A DNA stretch of 64,000 nt from Planctomycetota bacterium (GCA_965222115.1 CBDCTJ010000007.1:1952001-2016000), one strand, 5' to 3'; numbered from the stretch's first letter, positions 1 to 10,213 are shown. A program made the numbers and translations. Notes: a model not told the origin generated them from the letters alone.

Positions 1-258
1 GACGCCGTTTGGGAGTTCCAGGGCGCAGATACGCTCACGCCCGAGCCCAATGCAACTGCAACGGGTACGCCCACGCCCACGTCGGCAACGGGTCTCACGA
101 GTTGGGAGCCCGTGTCCAACATTACGGCAATCAACAACAAGCGTTGGGTGCGCTATCGCTGGCGTTTCTTCGTCGCCGATACGTACAACGGATGGGGCGT
201 CGGCACCGCCGATCCGCTGCCGCAAGTCACAGACGTAGTAATCCCGTTCCGGAAGTAG
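1..258 (+). CDS. 3' end of an uncharacterised (probably secreted) protein, truncated by window start
   Basis: Frame +1 is open from base 1 to TAG at 256-258 (DAVWEFQGADT...KRWVRYRWRFFV...LPQVTDVVIPFRK). Missing from the ORF track because there is no start codon. Confidence 0.75.
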   Translation, partial: DAVWEFQGADTLTPEPNATATGTPTPTSATGLTSWEPVSNITAINNKRWVRYRWRFFVADTYNGWGVGTADPLPQVTDVVIPFRK

Positions 259-349
259 GTTCCGCAAGCAGACACCTCAACCAGCAGACCTCAATTGGCG
301 GGCCGCATTCACGGTTCGGGCCGCCGATTCGATTGGTGGTCACTCGCTG

Positions 350-376
350 CGAGGCGCGTCGTATCGGCGCGCCTCG
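350..376 (+). terminator. GC-rich hairpin, possible intrinsic terminator
   Basis: CGAGGCGCGTCG-TAT-CGGCGCGCCTCG followed by TTTG, downstream of the first CDS; short U tract. Confidence 0.4.
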
Positions 377-516
377 TTTGCGTATGTCGAAGATGCGTTG
401 CGTCGCATTGGAGACGCGGCGTGGCCAGGTCCCGGACCTAGCTCGTCGTACCCCCTTTTCAGCGAGCGCATGAGTCGGTATCGTGGGGTCCCCAAGGTCA
501 AAGGACCGAATGCCCT

Positions 517-954
517 ATGCCCGAGAGCCTTCCCGCCGCAGTGAGCCTCCGTGTACCCACGGACCTCGTCTTTGTTCGCCCCGTGCGAAAGATGATCGAA
601 GGCTTGCTTGGGGGGCAAGGGTGGGGCGAAGACGATGTTGACGATGTGGCGATGATCGTTACCGAGGTCGTGCAGAACGCGATTGAGCATGGGTCGCGCG
701 CCGATGGCTCGGAGTGGATCGATGTCTCCATCGGGGTGCACGAGTCGTCGTTTTCGCTGGACGTGGCCGATCCCGGATCCGGCAAAGATCCTTCGATCGC
801 CGTCACCCATGATGTGAGCGAACCGCCGTCGTTGGAAGCCGAACGCGGTCGCGGTCTTTTCCTCATCCATCGGCTATCCCATCGATTTGAGCGCGTCCCC
901 GCCGAGAGTGGTGGCCTACGGGTCCGAGTACTAAAGGAGGCGGGGACACCATGA
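517..954 (+). CDS. Anti-sigma regulatory factor / Ser-Thr kinase (RsbW-like HATPase)
   Basis: N-box EVVQNAIEHG, G1 DPGSG, G2 GRGLFLI; ATGA overlap with the next gene. Confidence 0.9.
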   Translation: MPESLPAAVSLRVPTDLVFVRPVRKMIEGLLGGQGWGEDDVDDVAMIVTEVVQNAIEHGSRADGSEWIDVSIGVHESSFSLDVADPGSGKDPSIAVTHDVSEPPSLEAERGRGLFLIHRLSHRFERVPAESGGLRVRVLKEAGTP

Positions 955-2237
955 GCGATTCAATGTGGGATGTGCTCACGGGCAACCAAGAGCACGATCG
1001 CAGAAATGTGCGCGCGTTGCTCGAGTCGGTTCGTGAACTTTACGGCCGGCAAGCGCCCGCCGAACTTCAACGCCGTGTCGTGGATCGCGCCATTTCGGTT
1101 ACGGGCGCTGAGCGCGGAATGTTGTTTCTCGTAGGTGAGGACGAACAACTCCGCGCGGCGGTTGCGCGCAAGGGCGGTGCGGATGTTCCCCTGGATATGC
1201 CGCACAGCGGAACGGTCGTCAACAAGGTTTGGAGTTCCGGTAAGTCCTTTCACACGGTCGATACGGCCGAGGCAAGTCAGAGCTCCCTTAGCGCGTCCAT
1301 CGTAGCGCTCAAGCTTCTATCCGTAATGGCCGTGCCGCTTCCGGTAAAGGGCAAAGTCGCCGGTGTGCTCTACGTTGATAGTACCGCCCGGTCTCGTGAG
1401 TTCACCGACGCCGATATGACGGTGTTCGAAGTGTTGGGCGGCATGGTCGCTGTAGCTGTCGAGAATGCGCGGCTTTTGGGGGAAGAGGAAAAGAAGCAGC
1501 GTTACGAAGAGGAGTTGCGGATTGCGCAGCTCATTCAAACGCAGTTGTTTCCTCGAAAACTGCCACAAGGACCCGATTTCCAAATCGCAGCTGTGGGGCG
1601 GCCCTGCGAAGAGACCAGCGGCGACTACTACGATGTACTGCAACTGAAGAACGGAAACGTCGCTTTGGTGGTCGGCGACGTAAGCGGCCACGGTGTGGGT
1701 CCTGCGCTTCTCACCTCGTCTACACGGGCGTTGCTCCACTCCTATGTACATATGGGCATGGATCTCGTTCAAGTCGTCGAAAACCTCAACCAGTTCTTCG
1801 TGCGCGATGCACCTGACGACAAGTTCATGACGTTTTTCGTCGGTATGTTTGATCCGCGCTCACGCCAACTTCGATTCGTGAGTGCCGGCCATAACCCGCC
1901 GCTGATTTGGGTTGCCGCACGAGACGAGGTCGTCAGTTTGAAGCCTTCGGGGCCCGCGCTTGGCTTCCTTGATGAAGCCGTGTACGCATTGCAAATGACG
2001 GATCCGCTTGAGCCGGGCGACGTTGTTTTGGCCTACACCGACGGCCTCACGGAAGCGCGAAATCAGGCGGGCGACTACTGGGGCGATGACGCCATGATGC
2101 GCGTGTTTGTGGAGCAGGCCAAAGGCGGCGGCACGGCCGACGATATTCTCACGGGCGTCTTGCGCACGGTGGACCAGTACGTGGGCGACCAGCCCTGGGA
2201 AGATGACGTCACGGGCTGGGTCCTGCGCGCGTCGTAG
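951..2237 (+). CDS. GAF + SpoIIE/PP2C protein phosphatase (RsbU-like)
   Basis: GAF (SVMAVPL..GVLYVDS), then SGDYYD, GDVSGHG, SAGHNPP, YTDGLTEA, EDDVT motifs. Confidence 0.93.
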   Translation: MSDSMWDVLTGNQEHDRRNVRALLESVRELYGRQAPAELQRRVVDRAISVTGAERGMLFLVGEDEQLRAAVARKGGADVPLDMPHSGTVVNKVWSSGKSFHTVDTAEASQSSLSASIVALKLLSVMAVPLPVKGKVAGVLYVDSTARSREFTDADMTVFEVLGGMVAVAVENARLLGEEEKKQRYEEELRIAQLIQTQLFPRKLPQGPDFQIAAVGRPCEETSGDYYDVLQLKNGNVALVVGDVSGHGVGPALLTSSTRALLHSYVHMGMDLVQVVENLNQFFVRDAPDDKFMTFFVGMFDPRSRQLRFVSAGHNPPLIWVAARDEVVSLKPSGPALGFLDEAVYALQMTDPLEPGDVVLAYTDGLTEARNQAGDYWGDDAMMRVFVEQAKGGGTADDILTGVLRTVDQYVGDQPWEDDVTGWVLRAS

Positions 2238-2315
2238 CCCTTCCAGACCAACCTCGCAGCGCCGTCCAGAGATACGGCCATGGGTCCGGTCGTACCGGTT
2301 GGTATTCTGCGCGCC

Positions 2316-4031
2316 ATGATGCCCCCGAATCACAACAACCGCGACCACACCAACCGCGCTGCGACGCTAGCCCGCGCCCGAACGTCTCCATGGCCCTCGC
2401 TAACCATGCTGTTGTCACTGGCCATTGCGAGTTTCGTCTTTGGCTGTGGCGACGACAAGGGCGAGGAATCGACTGTGTCGACGTCGTCTTCATTTGTTGT
2501 GCCCGATCTGCCCGCCATCGTCCGTGGCAAGGGAGGCATGGAAGCCATCAAGAAGGCGTGGCCCCAGGCGTCGTGGTGGAAGGAAAAGCACGCGGTCACC
2601 CTTATGTTGGTGGGCGGGCAGCGCGGAAAACTCAAACCCTGTGGATGCAGCGCACCACAGCTCGGTGGCGTCACGCGTTTGGCCACCATTGTGGAGCGCA
2701 TGCGGCAACGCGCGTCGGCATCGGGCGGGGCCATTGCTGGTTTGGCGCTCGGCGGGTCGTTGGCCGATCATGATGAACCGCAACGTCGTACCAAAGCGTC
2801 CTATGTGCGCGCAATCTACTCGCTACTCAACTTTGCAGGTGTGCTGCTCGACGACGCGGACGTACGCGAACCGGCCATGACGCAGCCCTTTGACGACCGC
2901 GGCGAACTTGGTCGCCCGCGTCCTCCCGTCAATGTGCGCCTCTTGGCGAACAACTTTGCGTTCGAACAATCCCCCTACTTGGATCTACATCTAGGCCCTC
3001 TCGCCATGCGCGCGGTTCATGTGCTGGAGCCTGCCGATGCGGAAGCATTGACGCGAGGCGGCGCGGCGGAGGGGCACGTTTCGGTCACCATGGCGTTTCA
3101 ACACTCGCAACCGACACCTGAAACGCTCTGGCTTGTCGCGCTGGATCGTCGCTTCGACGGCACGTTGGATGAGTTGACGGCCGCGGTCGGACGACTTGGT
3201 CCCGCCATCGTTGTCGACGTCTCGGGTGGCGCGGGCGTAGAGCGTGTGGATGGACACGCCTTGAAACCCGGCCAAGAACCGCTCGTCGTATCGGTGGACG
3301 AACTCGGAAAGACCGTCGGCGTATTGGACTTGGACAAGAACGCAAAGGGAGTATGGGAAGCCAGCTACCGGCGCGTTCCGCTTCATCCAAGCATTGACAA
3401 TTGGTCCAGTGCACTTGGGAGCGAAGCCAAATCGCTGCTCGCGCTCTACAACCAAGACGTTAAGAACCAGGGCTATTTGCGCGACTTTCCCACGTCGCCG
3501 GACACCAGCGCGACGTTCGTGGGATCCGCGCGCTGCGCAAGTTGTCACGCAAGCATTCATGCGGCGTGGGCAAAAACCAAACACGCCCACGCACTCGACA
3601 CGCTGACGTCCATTCAGTATGACTACGATCCCGAGTGCATCCGTTGTCATGTCGTGGGGTGGGAGCGTGCCGATCGCGGGGGATGGATACGGCGTGCCAG
3701 TGGATTTCAAGATCCCGAACGCTCGGCGTTCTTGGGCGGTGTGGGGTGCGAAAACTGTCATGGTCCCGGATCGTTACACATCGACGACCCATGGAACCCG
3801 GCTCATTTCGGCGAAGCAGGTCCCAACACCCGCGCACCCTCGCAGTCCGACTGCATGCGTTGCCACGATATTGAAAACAGTCACGGATTCGCGGATGCCT
3901 ACGATCAATTTCGTGCCCACATCGATCATCGGGTCGTCGATCCCGCTACGCGGACCGTGGTGCCCGCCGGCGTTGAAGCCGAACTACGAGCAGCGGGAAA
4001 GCACAAGGGCGCCTACGGCTCAGGCCGATGA
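2316..4031 (+). CDS. Lipoprotein with UshA-like CGC N-domain and tetraheme c-type cytochrome (c554-like) C-domain
   Basis: Lipobox FVFGC; LKPCGCSAPQLGGVTR; four CxxCH (CASCH, CIRCH, CENCH, CMRCH). Start uncertain (2280/2316/2406). Confidence 0.85.
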   Translation: MMPPNHNNRDHTNRAATLARARTSPWPSLTMLLSLAIASFVFGCGDDKGEESTVSTSSSFVVPDLPAIVRGKGGMEAIKKAWPQASWWKEKHAVTLMLVGGQRGKLKPCGCSAPQLGGVTRLATIVERMRQRASASGGAIAGLALGGSLADHDEPQRRTKASYVRAIYSLLNFAGVLLDDADVREPAMTQPFDDRGELGRPRPPVNVRLLANNFAFEQSPYLDLHLGPLAMRAVHVLEPADAEALTRGGAAEGHVSVTMAFQHSQPTPETLWLVALDRRFDGTLDELTAAVGRLGPAIVVDVSGGAGVERVDGHALKPGQEPLVVSVDELGKTVGVLDLDKNAKGVWEASYRRVPLHPSIDNWSSALGSEAKSLLALYNQDVKNQGYLRDFPTSPDTSATFVGSARCASCHASIHAAWAKTKHAHALDTLTSIQYDYDPECIRCHVVGWERADRGGWIRRASGFQDPERSAFLGGVGCENCHGPGSLHIDDPWNPAHFGEAGPNTRAPSQSDCMRCHDIENSHGFADAYDQFRAHIDHRVVDPATRTVVPAGVEAELRAAGKHKGAYGSGR

Positions 4032-4121
4032 TGTGGCCCCTGCCTCGGTGTGAGCGAGCGAACCGGTCGCGCGAGACGCCGTTCTTCCTGTGAGAACCAA
4101 CGCCCCAAGTACCATGAAGCC

Positions 4122-5378
4122 ATGAGTGAAACCGACGCATCAACCGCAGGCACCGCGCCGACGAAATCGGCGTCGAATACCACACCGGTTCTCGTTGTGT
4201 CGGCGGTGCTTTGCAGTCTCGTGATGGGTGTTGTTGTGGCATTCGCGCTGCGTGCCCGTTCGTCGTCGGCGGAGGATGGTACGGCGCCCCTTGCGGGCGC
4301 GGCCTCCACGTACCGCGTTGCTGACGCGGCCGGTAGCGGCCAGGGGCTGTGCGGCGACGCCGATCCCGCGCTTCCGATAAAGGTCCGCTTTCATCTCGAC
4401 AAACCTGGCGTATACGACTTTGGCGATGTCAAGCAGGGCATTGTAGAAGAGCGAACGATTGGGTTTACCAACGATGGCGAAGGCCCGCTCTGTGTTCGAA
4501 GCGTCAAGGCCAGTTGCGGATGCATCAAAGCTTCGCTCGCCTCGGAGTCCCAACGCTACGAGCCCGGTGAATCGGGTGCGATTAAGATTATCCTCAAGAC
4601 CGAAGGCAGAGTTGGGGAGCTCAACAAGCGCATTGAAATGCTCACCAACGACGTCAAGCGACCGCGCAAGCACTTCATGGCGCGGGTCAACATATGCAAA
4701 GGCGTGCTGACCAAGCCGTCGTTTCTCAATTTCGGTCGTAGCGCGTTGCGCGCCACTATGAAATCACACCCGCTACGCATCATGTCACGGCCCAGCGAGC
4801 CCGCGTGGGAGATTACAAAAGTTGTCAAGCTGCCCGATCGTCCCGGGCAGGAACGAACCGACTACACGTTTCAAGTGAAGGAAAAAGACGATGATCAGTG
4901 GCGATCGCGCTACATCACCGTAGAGGCACCGGCGCCAATGAAGAAGGGCGTTGTTAAAGGTCGCGTGGAGATTCACACGACCCATCCCGAGCACCCCGTA
5001 CTAAGCGTCCGCATGAACGCCTATATCGTCGATCGCATTTTGATCATGAACAAGCGCGTAGCACTCGGTTACGTGCGGCGAGGGGAGGCCACGAAGCCGT
5101 CGCCAGCCACCCGCGTTCATCTCTATGCCGCAAGCCCGGCCGTCACATTCAAACTGTTGAGCGCGTCGGTGGAGCCCAAGACAGGCGACCCGGTCGATCC
5201 CCGAGGCACCGGCTTTGCCGTGAAGACGGGTCGAGATCGCAAAGGCCCCTTTGCCGAGGTGATTTATGACGGGACACCGTTTGACCCCGGCCTATTGGAA
5301 GCGCAACTGGTCCTCAAGACGGATGACCCGCACCAATCCGAGATTCGCATTCCGGTCCTGGCGACTCTACGCGAATAA
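4122..5378 (+). CDS. Membrane-anchored DUF1573 (Ig-like) domain protein
   Basis: N-terminal TM helix; YDFGDV..FTNDGEGPL..VKASCGC..YEPGESGAI motif; further Ig-like modules. Confidence 0.8.
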   Translation: MSETDASTAGTAPTKSASNTTPVLVVSAVLCSLVMGVVVAFALRARSSSAEDGTAPLAGAASTYRVADAAGSGQGLCGDADPALPIKVRFHLDKPGVYDFGDVKQGIVEERTIGFTNDGEGPLCVRSVKASCGCIKASLASESQRYEPGESGAIKIILKTEGRVGELNKRIEMLTNDVKRPRKHFMARVNICKGVLTKPSFLNFGRSALRATMKSHPLRIMSRPSEPAWEITKVVKLPDRPGQERTDYTFQVKEKDDDQWRSRYITVEAPAPMKKGVVKGRVEIHTTHPEHPVLSVRMNAYIVDRILIMNKRVALGYVRRGEATKPSPATRVHLYAASPAVTFKLLSASVEPKTGDPVDPRGTGFAVKTGRDRKGPFAEVIYDGTPFDPGLLEAQLVLKTDDPHQSEIRIPVLATLRE

Positions 5379-5530
5379 CGACCTCACAAGCGTCGATCCG
5401 GACGCCAATTCGGTGGCGCGTCGATGTCCGGGTGCGAACCGCGAGCGTTTGCGCGTCGATGAGGTAATGTACGCCGTTCGTTCGGATCGATGGGCTTCAT
5501 GCCTACGACGCCCCTGGGAGGCCCACCATC

Positions 5531-7357
5531 ATGTGCGGGATCATTGGTTACACCGGATCGTCGCAGGCGCTCCCCATTCTGATTCAGGGCATCCGCCTGT
5601 TGTCGTATCGCGGCTATGACTCCGCCGGCGTTGCTATTCATCAGGGGGAGACCATCGCGATCGCTAAGGACAAAGGGCGCATTGCCGATCTTGCACCTCG
5701 TTGGGATCCCAAGGCGCTGGCGGGCACAACCGGCATCGGCCATACGCGTTGGGCCACACACGGCGGCGTCAACCGCAAGAATGCGCATCCCCATACCGAC
5801 GTGCCCACGCATGTTGCGGTTGTACACAATGGCATCATTGAAAACGACCTTGCGCTTCGCGAAGCGCTCGAGGCGGACGGGGTCACCTTTGCCTCCGACA
5901 CCGACACAGAGATTGTGGCCCACCTATTTGCCAAACACTTCGAGGGCGACCTGGTAGCCGCCGCCGCCGTGGTCATGAAGGCATGCCACGGAACGTTCGC
6001 CCTTGCGATTCAACATGTTTCCGATCCCACAGCTTTGGTTGCCGTGCGCCGCGGCTCACCGCTTCTGATTGGACTGGGGGTGCGTGAGAATCTCGTTGCG
6101 AGCGACTTGCGCGCGTTGGCCGGTCGTGCGGATTCCGTAGTTGACATGGGCGAAGATCAAATCGCCCTTGTGCGCCCCGACGGTGTTGAGCTGTTCCATA
6201 TGGATGGTTCGCCGGCCGAACTCCGCACACGCGAGTTGGGTGAGCAAGAGCGTGATGTGGATAAGGGCGGCCACGCGCATTACATGCTCAAAGAGATTCA
6301 TGAGCAGCCCGAACGCTTGTACGAGCTAATCGCGGGTCGCTTGGATCATCCAAAGGGCGACGTGCGACTCGACGAAGTACCACTCGACGACAAAGCGTGG
6401 AACTCGTTAGAACGCATTGATCTTATTGGATGTGGTACATCGTTTCACGCATGCATGTTCGGTGCTTACCTATTGGAAGCCTTTACCGGCATTCCCTCGC
6501 GCGCCATGATGGCCCACGAATACGATGTACGACGACCCCACTTATCCGAACGTGTCTTGGTGGTGGCGGTGTCGCAATCCGGCGAGACCGCCGATACCAA
6601 AGTGGCCATGCAAGTCGCTACCGATGGCGGTGCGCGCACACTCGGTGTGCTGAACGTACGCGACAGCATGATTGGTCGCAACGCGGACGGCGTGATCGAT
6701 ATGCACGCCGGTCCCGAGGTTGGCGTAGCGAGTACCAAGGCCTACACGGGGATGCTTGCCGCGCTCTCGCTCTTGGCGATCCGCGCGGGACGGGCGCGCA
6801 ATCGAAACGCCGCTGAGATCGACGCCTTTGCCGACGCACTCCGCACGGTGCCCGACTTGATTCGTCAGGTGATTGATCGCGCCGACCCCATACACGATGT
6901 CGTCCGCGAAATCTACCGTGCGGGCAATATGCTGTATTTGGGCCGTGGTGTGGACGCCGCGACAGCTCTCGAAGGCGCCCTCAAGATGAAGGAAATCTCC
7001 TACATCCACGCCGAGGGCTACCCCGCCGGCGAAATGAAGCATGGGCCCATCGCATTGGTTTCCTTCGAAGTGCCTACGGTTGCGATCGCCACCAGCGGTC
7101 CGTGGCGCGAACGCATGCTTGGCAACGTTCGTGAAGTGCGCGCTCGTGATGGTCTGGTGATCCTCGTGGCGTGCGAGGGCGACCGCGATGCGGGCAAAGT
7201 CGCCGATTTCGTTCTGCGGGTACCGGAGGTCCACCCTTGGCTGGCCCCGCTGATCAACGTCATACCCTTACAAATCCTGGCCTACGAAACAGCGAAACGA
7301 CGCGGCTGCGATATCGACCAACCGAGAAACCTCGCCAAGACGGTGACGGTGCAGTGA
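5531..7357 (+). CDS. glmS: Glutamine--fructose-6-phosphate transaminase (isomerizing)
   Basis: MCGIIG start, YRGYDSAG, GHTRWATHG, SQSGETADT, GEMKHGPIAL, C-terminal PRNLAKTVTV. Confidence 0.98.
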   Translation: MCGIIGYTGSSQALPILIQGIRLLSYRGYDSAGVAIHQGETIAIAKDKGRIADLAPRWDPKALAGTTGIGHTRWATHGGVNRKNAHPHTDVPTHVAVVHNGIIENDLALREALEADGVTFASDTDTEIVAHLFAKHFEGDLVAAAAVVMKACHGTFALAIQHVSDPTALVAVRRGSPLLIGLGVRENLVASDLRALAGRADSVVDMGEDQIALVRPDGVELFHMDGSPAELRTRELGEQERDVDKGGHAHYMLKEIHEQPERLYELIAGRLDHPKGDVRLDEVPLDDKAWNSLERIDLIGCGTSFHACMFGAYLLEAFTGIPSRAMMAHEYDVRRPHLSERVLVVAVSQSGETADTKVAMQVATDGGARTLGVLNVRDSMIGRNADGVIDMHAGPEVGVASTKAYTGMLAALSLLAIRAGRARNRNAAEIDAFADALRTVPDLIRQVIDRADPIHDVVREIYRAGNMLYLGRGVDAATALEGALKMKEISYIHAEGYPAGEMKHGPIALVSFEVPTVAIATSGPWRERMLGNVREVRARDGLVILVACEGDRDAGKVADFVLRVPEVHPWLAPLINVIPLQILAYETAKRRGCDIDQPRNLAKTVTVQ

Positions 7358-7411
7358 CCCCCTTTGGCGAAGCTACAGTTGGTGCTCTGAATCGAACGTA
7401 CGGCCTAAGGA

Positions 7412-10213
7412 ATGCGGTCGAACCAATGGACGAGGCTACCCATGGATGCAGTTAATCCCCGAACCGGCTCGGGCGAGATTTCCAGTCTCGGCCTTCGCGA
7501 TGTGACGGTTGTAACGCCATGCGATACAACCGAGCGCAGCGCGTTTACGACAAGCTCACGCGCGAGATGGGCAGTGACACCGACGACGCATGAGCGCGCA
7601 CTGCGTGTGCGCCAACTGTTGCGTACAACGGCCATGGCGAGCGTGGCGGCGCTCATGAGCCTTGCCATGTTCGGTACAGCCTTTGGTGAAGACTTCCCAC
7701 TGGGCGATCCACCTGCCGAGAAGATTGTCGAAGAAGCGAAGAAGACTGCGTCGGACGTAGCCAAGAAAGCTGGCGAAGTTGCGGAAGCCGTTGGTGAAGC
7801 CGCCGAGACGGCTGCGAAGCCAATCAAAGACGCTGCAAAGAAGGCGGCCGACGCGCTAGCGAAAGACTCGTCGAGTACGAAAGATGAGCCCAAGGCCGAG
7901 TCCAAAGCCGAAGCGCCTAAGGACAACGGGCAAAAGCAACCCGCGGCTGCGGGGACAACCGGCGCAACCGCACCCTCGCCAGACGGCGCGAGTGCAGCGT
8001 TGGAGCGCGAAAACCCCGGCACACCGATTCCACCCGCGCCGGGAACCTCAACAAACGCACATGCTCCCAACCCGATGGCGCCGCGTGCCGTTCAGTACCG
8101 TTTGGAACAGCGATACGATCCGCGTACCGGGCGGCGTTTCTATGTGCGTGTACCGGTCGTACCGACTGCTGTAAGCGCACGGGCAACGAATCCGCAAGGC
8201 ATAGGCGGCCGCCAACCCGCCGCCCAGCCACCCCTTCCAACTCGCGTTGGCCAAGTCGCCACGGCCGACCAACTTGCTGGCCAAACGTGGGTCGAGGTAC
8301 TTCCCGACGGTCGCCGCATTTTGCATCGTCCCAAGACGGCGGGCACACGTCCCAACGGCACACCCAATACGGCGGACGCACCCGCGTCACCGGGTTCTTC
8401 ATCGCAACCCGGGCAGCCCGAGCCTGCCATCGGCGACACCGGCGCGCCGCCAACCAGCAATGGTGGCCAGTCACCGAACGGCACAATTAGTCCTGGAACT
8501 ACAGGTAGTCCCGGAACTACAGGTAACCCTGGATCCGCCGCCCCCGATTCCGGCATTGGCATGCCGCCCGCAGAGGGCGCATTCCCGGAGCCCACGGCCG
8601 ATCCCGATGGTGCGGAACGTACAGCCGAAGATGCAGAGGAGGACTCGCCCGGAGCTTCTTCTAAGAATGAAACGGATGATGCCGGCCAGCCCTCGGAAGG
8701 GGATGACACCAATCCCTTCAACCCCGGCGAAGACGCTGACGCGACGAATGCTGAAGAATCCGGCGCTACCGATGCCAATGCGAGCGATCCGGCCTCCGCC
8801 GCCCCCGCGGCCAAAAACCTGCCAACGCCCGGCTCAAGTGCCGATCTGGGGACTCTGCCAGGATTGAAAAAACCCCTGGCGCCGCCAGCCGTGGATCCTG
8901 CTAGCAATGACCCCGCAGATTATGGCGACCCTCGCCATGTGGGTTCCGGTGGCTTTGAAGATGTGGGTCCGCCTTCACCTCCCGCCAGTTCGTCGAAAGA
9001 GCCCGCGGCTCCGACGTCCACTGAGACAGACGACGGTGGATCGATTTGGGCACCAGCCGAAGATGACACGACAAGCGAAGATGTGCCGGAGGGTGCTGCG
9101 CCCACGGGAACGTCAACGCCTGTAGGTAAATCAGGCGAAGATGAAATCTGGGCCCCCGCAGCCGATGCACCGGGTTCCTTTGAAGATATCGATCGTCCTG
9201 CTCGAACCGATTCGGTGCCCGCCTCGACCGCCTCTTCCTCGTTGCAGGCACGGGTTCAAGAACACATTACGCTTCTGCGTGATCGACCCGGTAGCGCGGG
9301 CGTTACGGCATATCCCGGCAGTCTGATTCAGCGCTCCCCAGCGGATGTGGCATTGGAACCTCGCCGAAAGGCGTGCGTGATCGCATTCTTTGATGACACG
9401 TCGCGCGGTTCAGCAAACTTCGCCGCCGATGTTCTTCCCGTGCTTGCCAACTACCGCGATGAAATCGAGTTTGTTGCGATTGAGCAAAACTCCGACGCGA
9501 AGCCAAGTCCCACCGAAGAGCGCGTTGTGCGACGCTATTTGCAAGCCGTGCCCGGGTTGGTCGTGTTGCCCCCCAATCGAGACGACCCGCGCATTTTCAA
9601 CAGTCGCTATACCGCGGACGACATTGAAGAGGCGTTGGAACTTGCCGTGCGCGCACCCACGGCGTCTTCGCCATCGCGTCCCGTCGGCTCAGGGCCCATC
9701 GACGACGGTGGAACCGAACCTCCGTGGCATCCCAACGACACGCCACTTGTGCGTGAGCCCAAGAATCCCGCGGGACGCTTGGCGGGCGATGAGATTCGCA
9801 CCACGGCCCGTGCACACGCAGACGAACTCCGACGCAATGCTGGTGACCCCGATCTTGTCGGATATCCGCGATCCCTGCTAAGTACTACGGCCCCGGCCGC
9901 CATTCTTGAGCGCGGCCAAAAGCCGCTCGTGATTCTGTTTTATGACGACAGCGCGAAGGCTTCCGACCGACAAGCCGCCGAATTCTTGCCACTGCTGATT
10001 CGTCGCAGCGACGACATCGACCTCATTTTGATCGATGTGAGCACAAAGGCCGAGTGGAACGCGGTGGAACAGAAGATTGTTCGAACCTACTACATGTCCT
10101 ACGTACCCACGACGGTCGTACTCACGTCGCGTCGTGCGCCCGTGCGCTCCTGGTACCACCTGGTTCGCGCCCGTGACTTGGAACGTGCGATCAACGAGGC
10201 CGCGCGAAAGTAG
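7412..10213 (+). CDS. Exported low-complexity protein with two C-terminal thioredoxin-like domains lacking CxxC
   Basis: Signal-like segment near M at 7634 (likely true start); long Pro/Ala/Asp-rich region; duplicated ~130 aa domain ending in xVP cis-Pro motif. Confidence 0.7.
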   Translation: MRSNQWTRLPMDAVNPRTGSGEISSLGLRDVTVVTPCDTTERSAFTTSSRARWAVTPTTHERALRVRQLLRTTAMASVAALMSLAMFGTAFGEDFPLGDPPAEKIVEEAKKTASDVAKKAGEVAEAVGEAAETAAKPIKDAAKKAADALAKDSSSTKDEPKAESKAEAPKDNGQKQPAAAGTTGATAPSPDGASAALERENPGTPIPPAPGTSTNAHAPNPMAPRAVQYRLEQRYDPRTGRRFYVRVPVVPTAVSARATNPQGIGGRQPAAQPPLPTRVGQVATADQLAGQTWVEVLPDGRRILHRPKTAGTRPNGTPNTADAPASPGSSSQPGQPEPAIGDTGAPPTSNGGQSPNGTISPGTTGSPGTTGNPGSAAPDSGIGMPPAEGAFPEPTADPDGAERTAEDAEEDSPGASSKNETDDAGQPSEGDDTNPFNPGEDADATNAEESGATDANASDPASAAPAAKNLPTPGSSADLGTLPGLKKPLAPPAVDPASNDPADYGDPRHVGSGGFEDVGPPSPPASSSKEPAAPTSTETDDGGSIWAPAEDDTTSEDVPEGAAPTGTSTPVGKSGEDEIWAPAADAPGSFEDIDRPARTDSVPASTASSSLQARVQEHITLLRDRPGSAGVTAYPGSLIQRSPADVALEPRRKACVIAFFDDTSRGSANFAADVLPVLANYRDEIEFVAIEQNSDAKPSPTEERVVRRYLQAVPGLVVLPPNRDDPRIFNSRYTADDIEEALELAVRAPTASSPSRPVGSGPIDDGGTEPPWHPNDTPLVREPKNPAGRLAGDEIRTTARAHADELRRNAGDPDLVGYPRSLLSTTAPAAILERGQKPLVILFYDDSAKASDRQAAEFLPLLIRRSDDIDLILIDVSTKAEWNAVEQKIVRTYYMSYVPTTVVLTSRRAPVRSWYHLVRARDLERAINEAARK
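8489..8524 (+). repeat. 18-nt tandem repeat x2 (SPGTTG) inside CDS
   Basis: AGTCCTGGAACTACAGGT AGTCCCGGAACTACAGGT. Confidence 0.8.

Noticed and set aside
5385-5525. Possible glmS ribozyme (AGCGTC...GTCGATGAGG...ATCGA resembles AGCGCC...GTTGACGAGG...ATCGA)
   Set aside because: Core nucleotides differ, spacing is off and no P2 pairing is evident. An Infernal RF00234 search would settle it.
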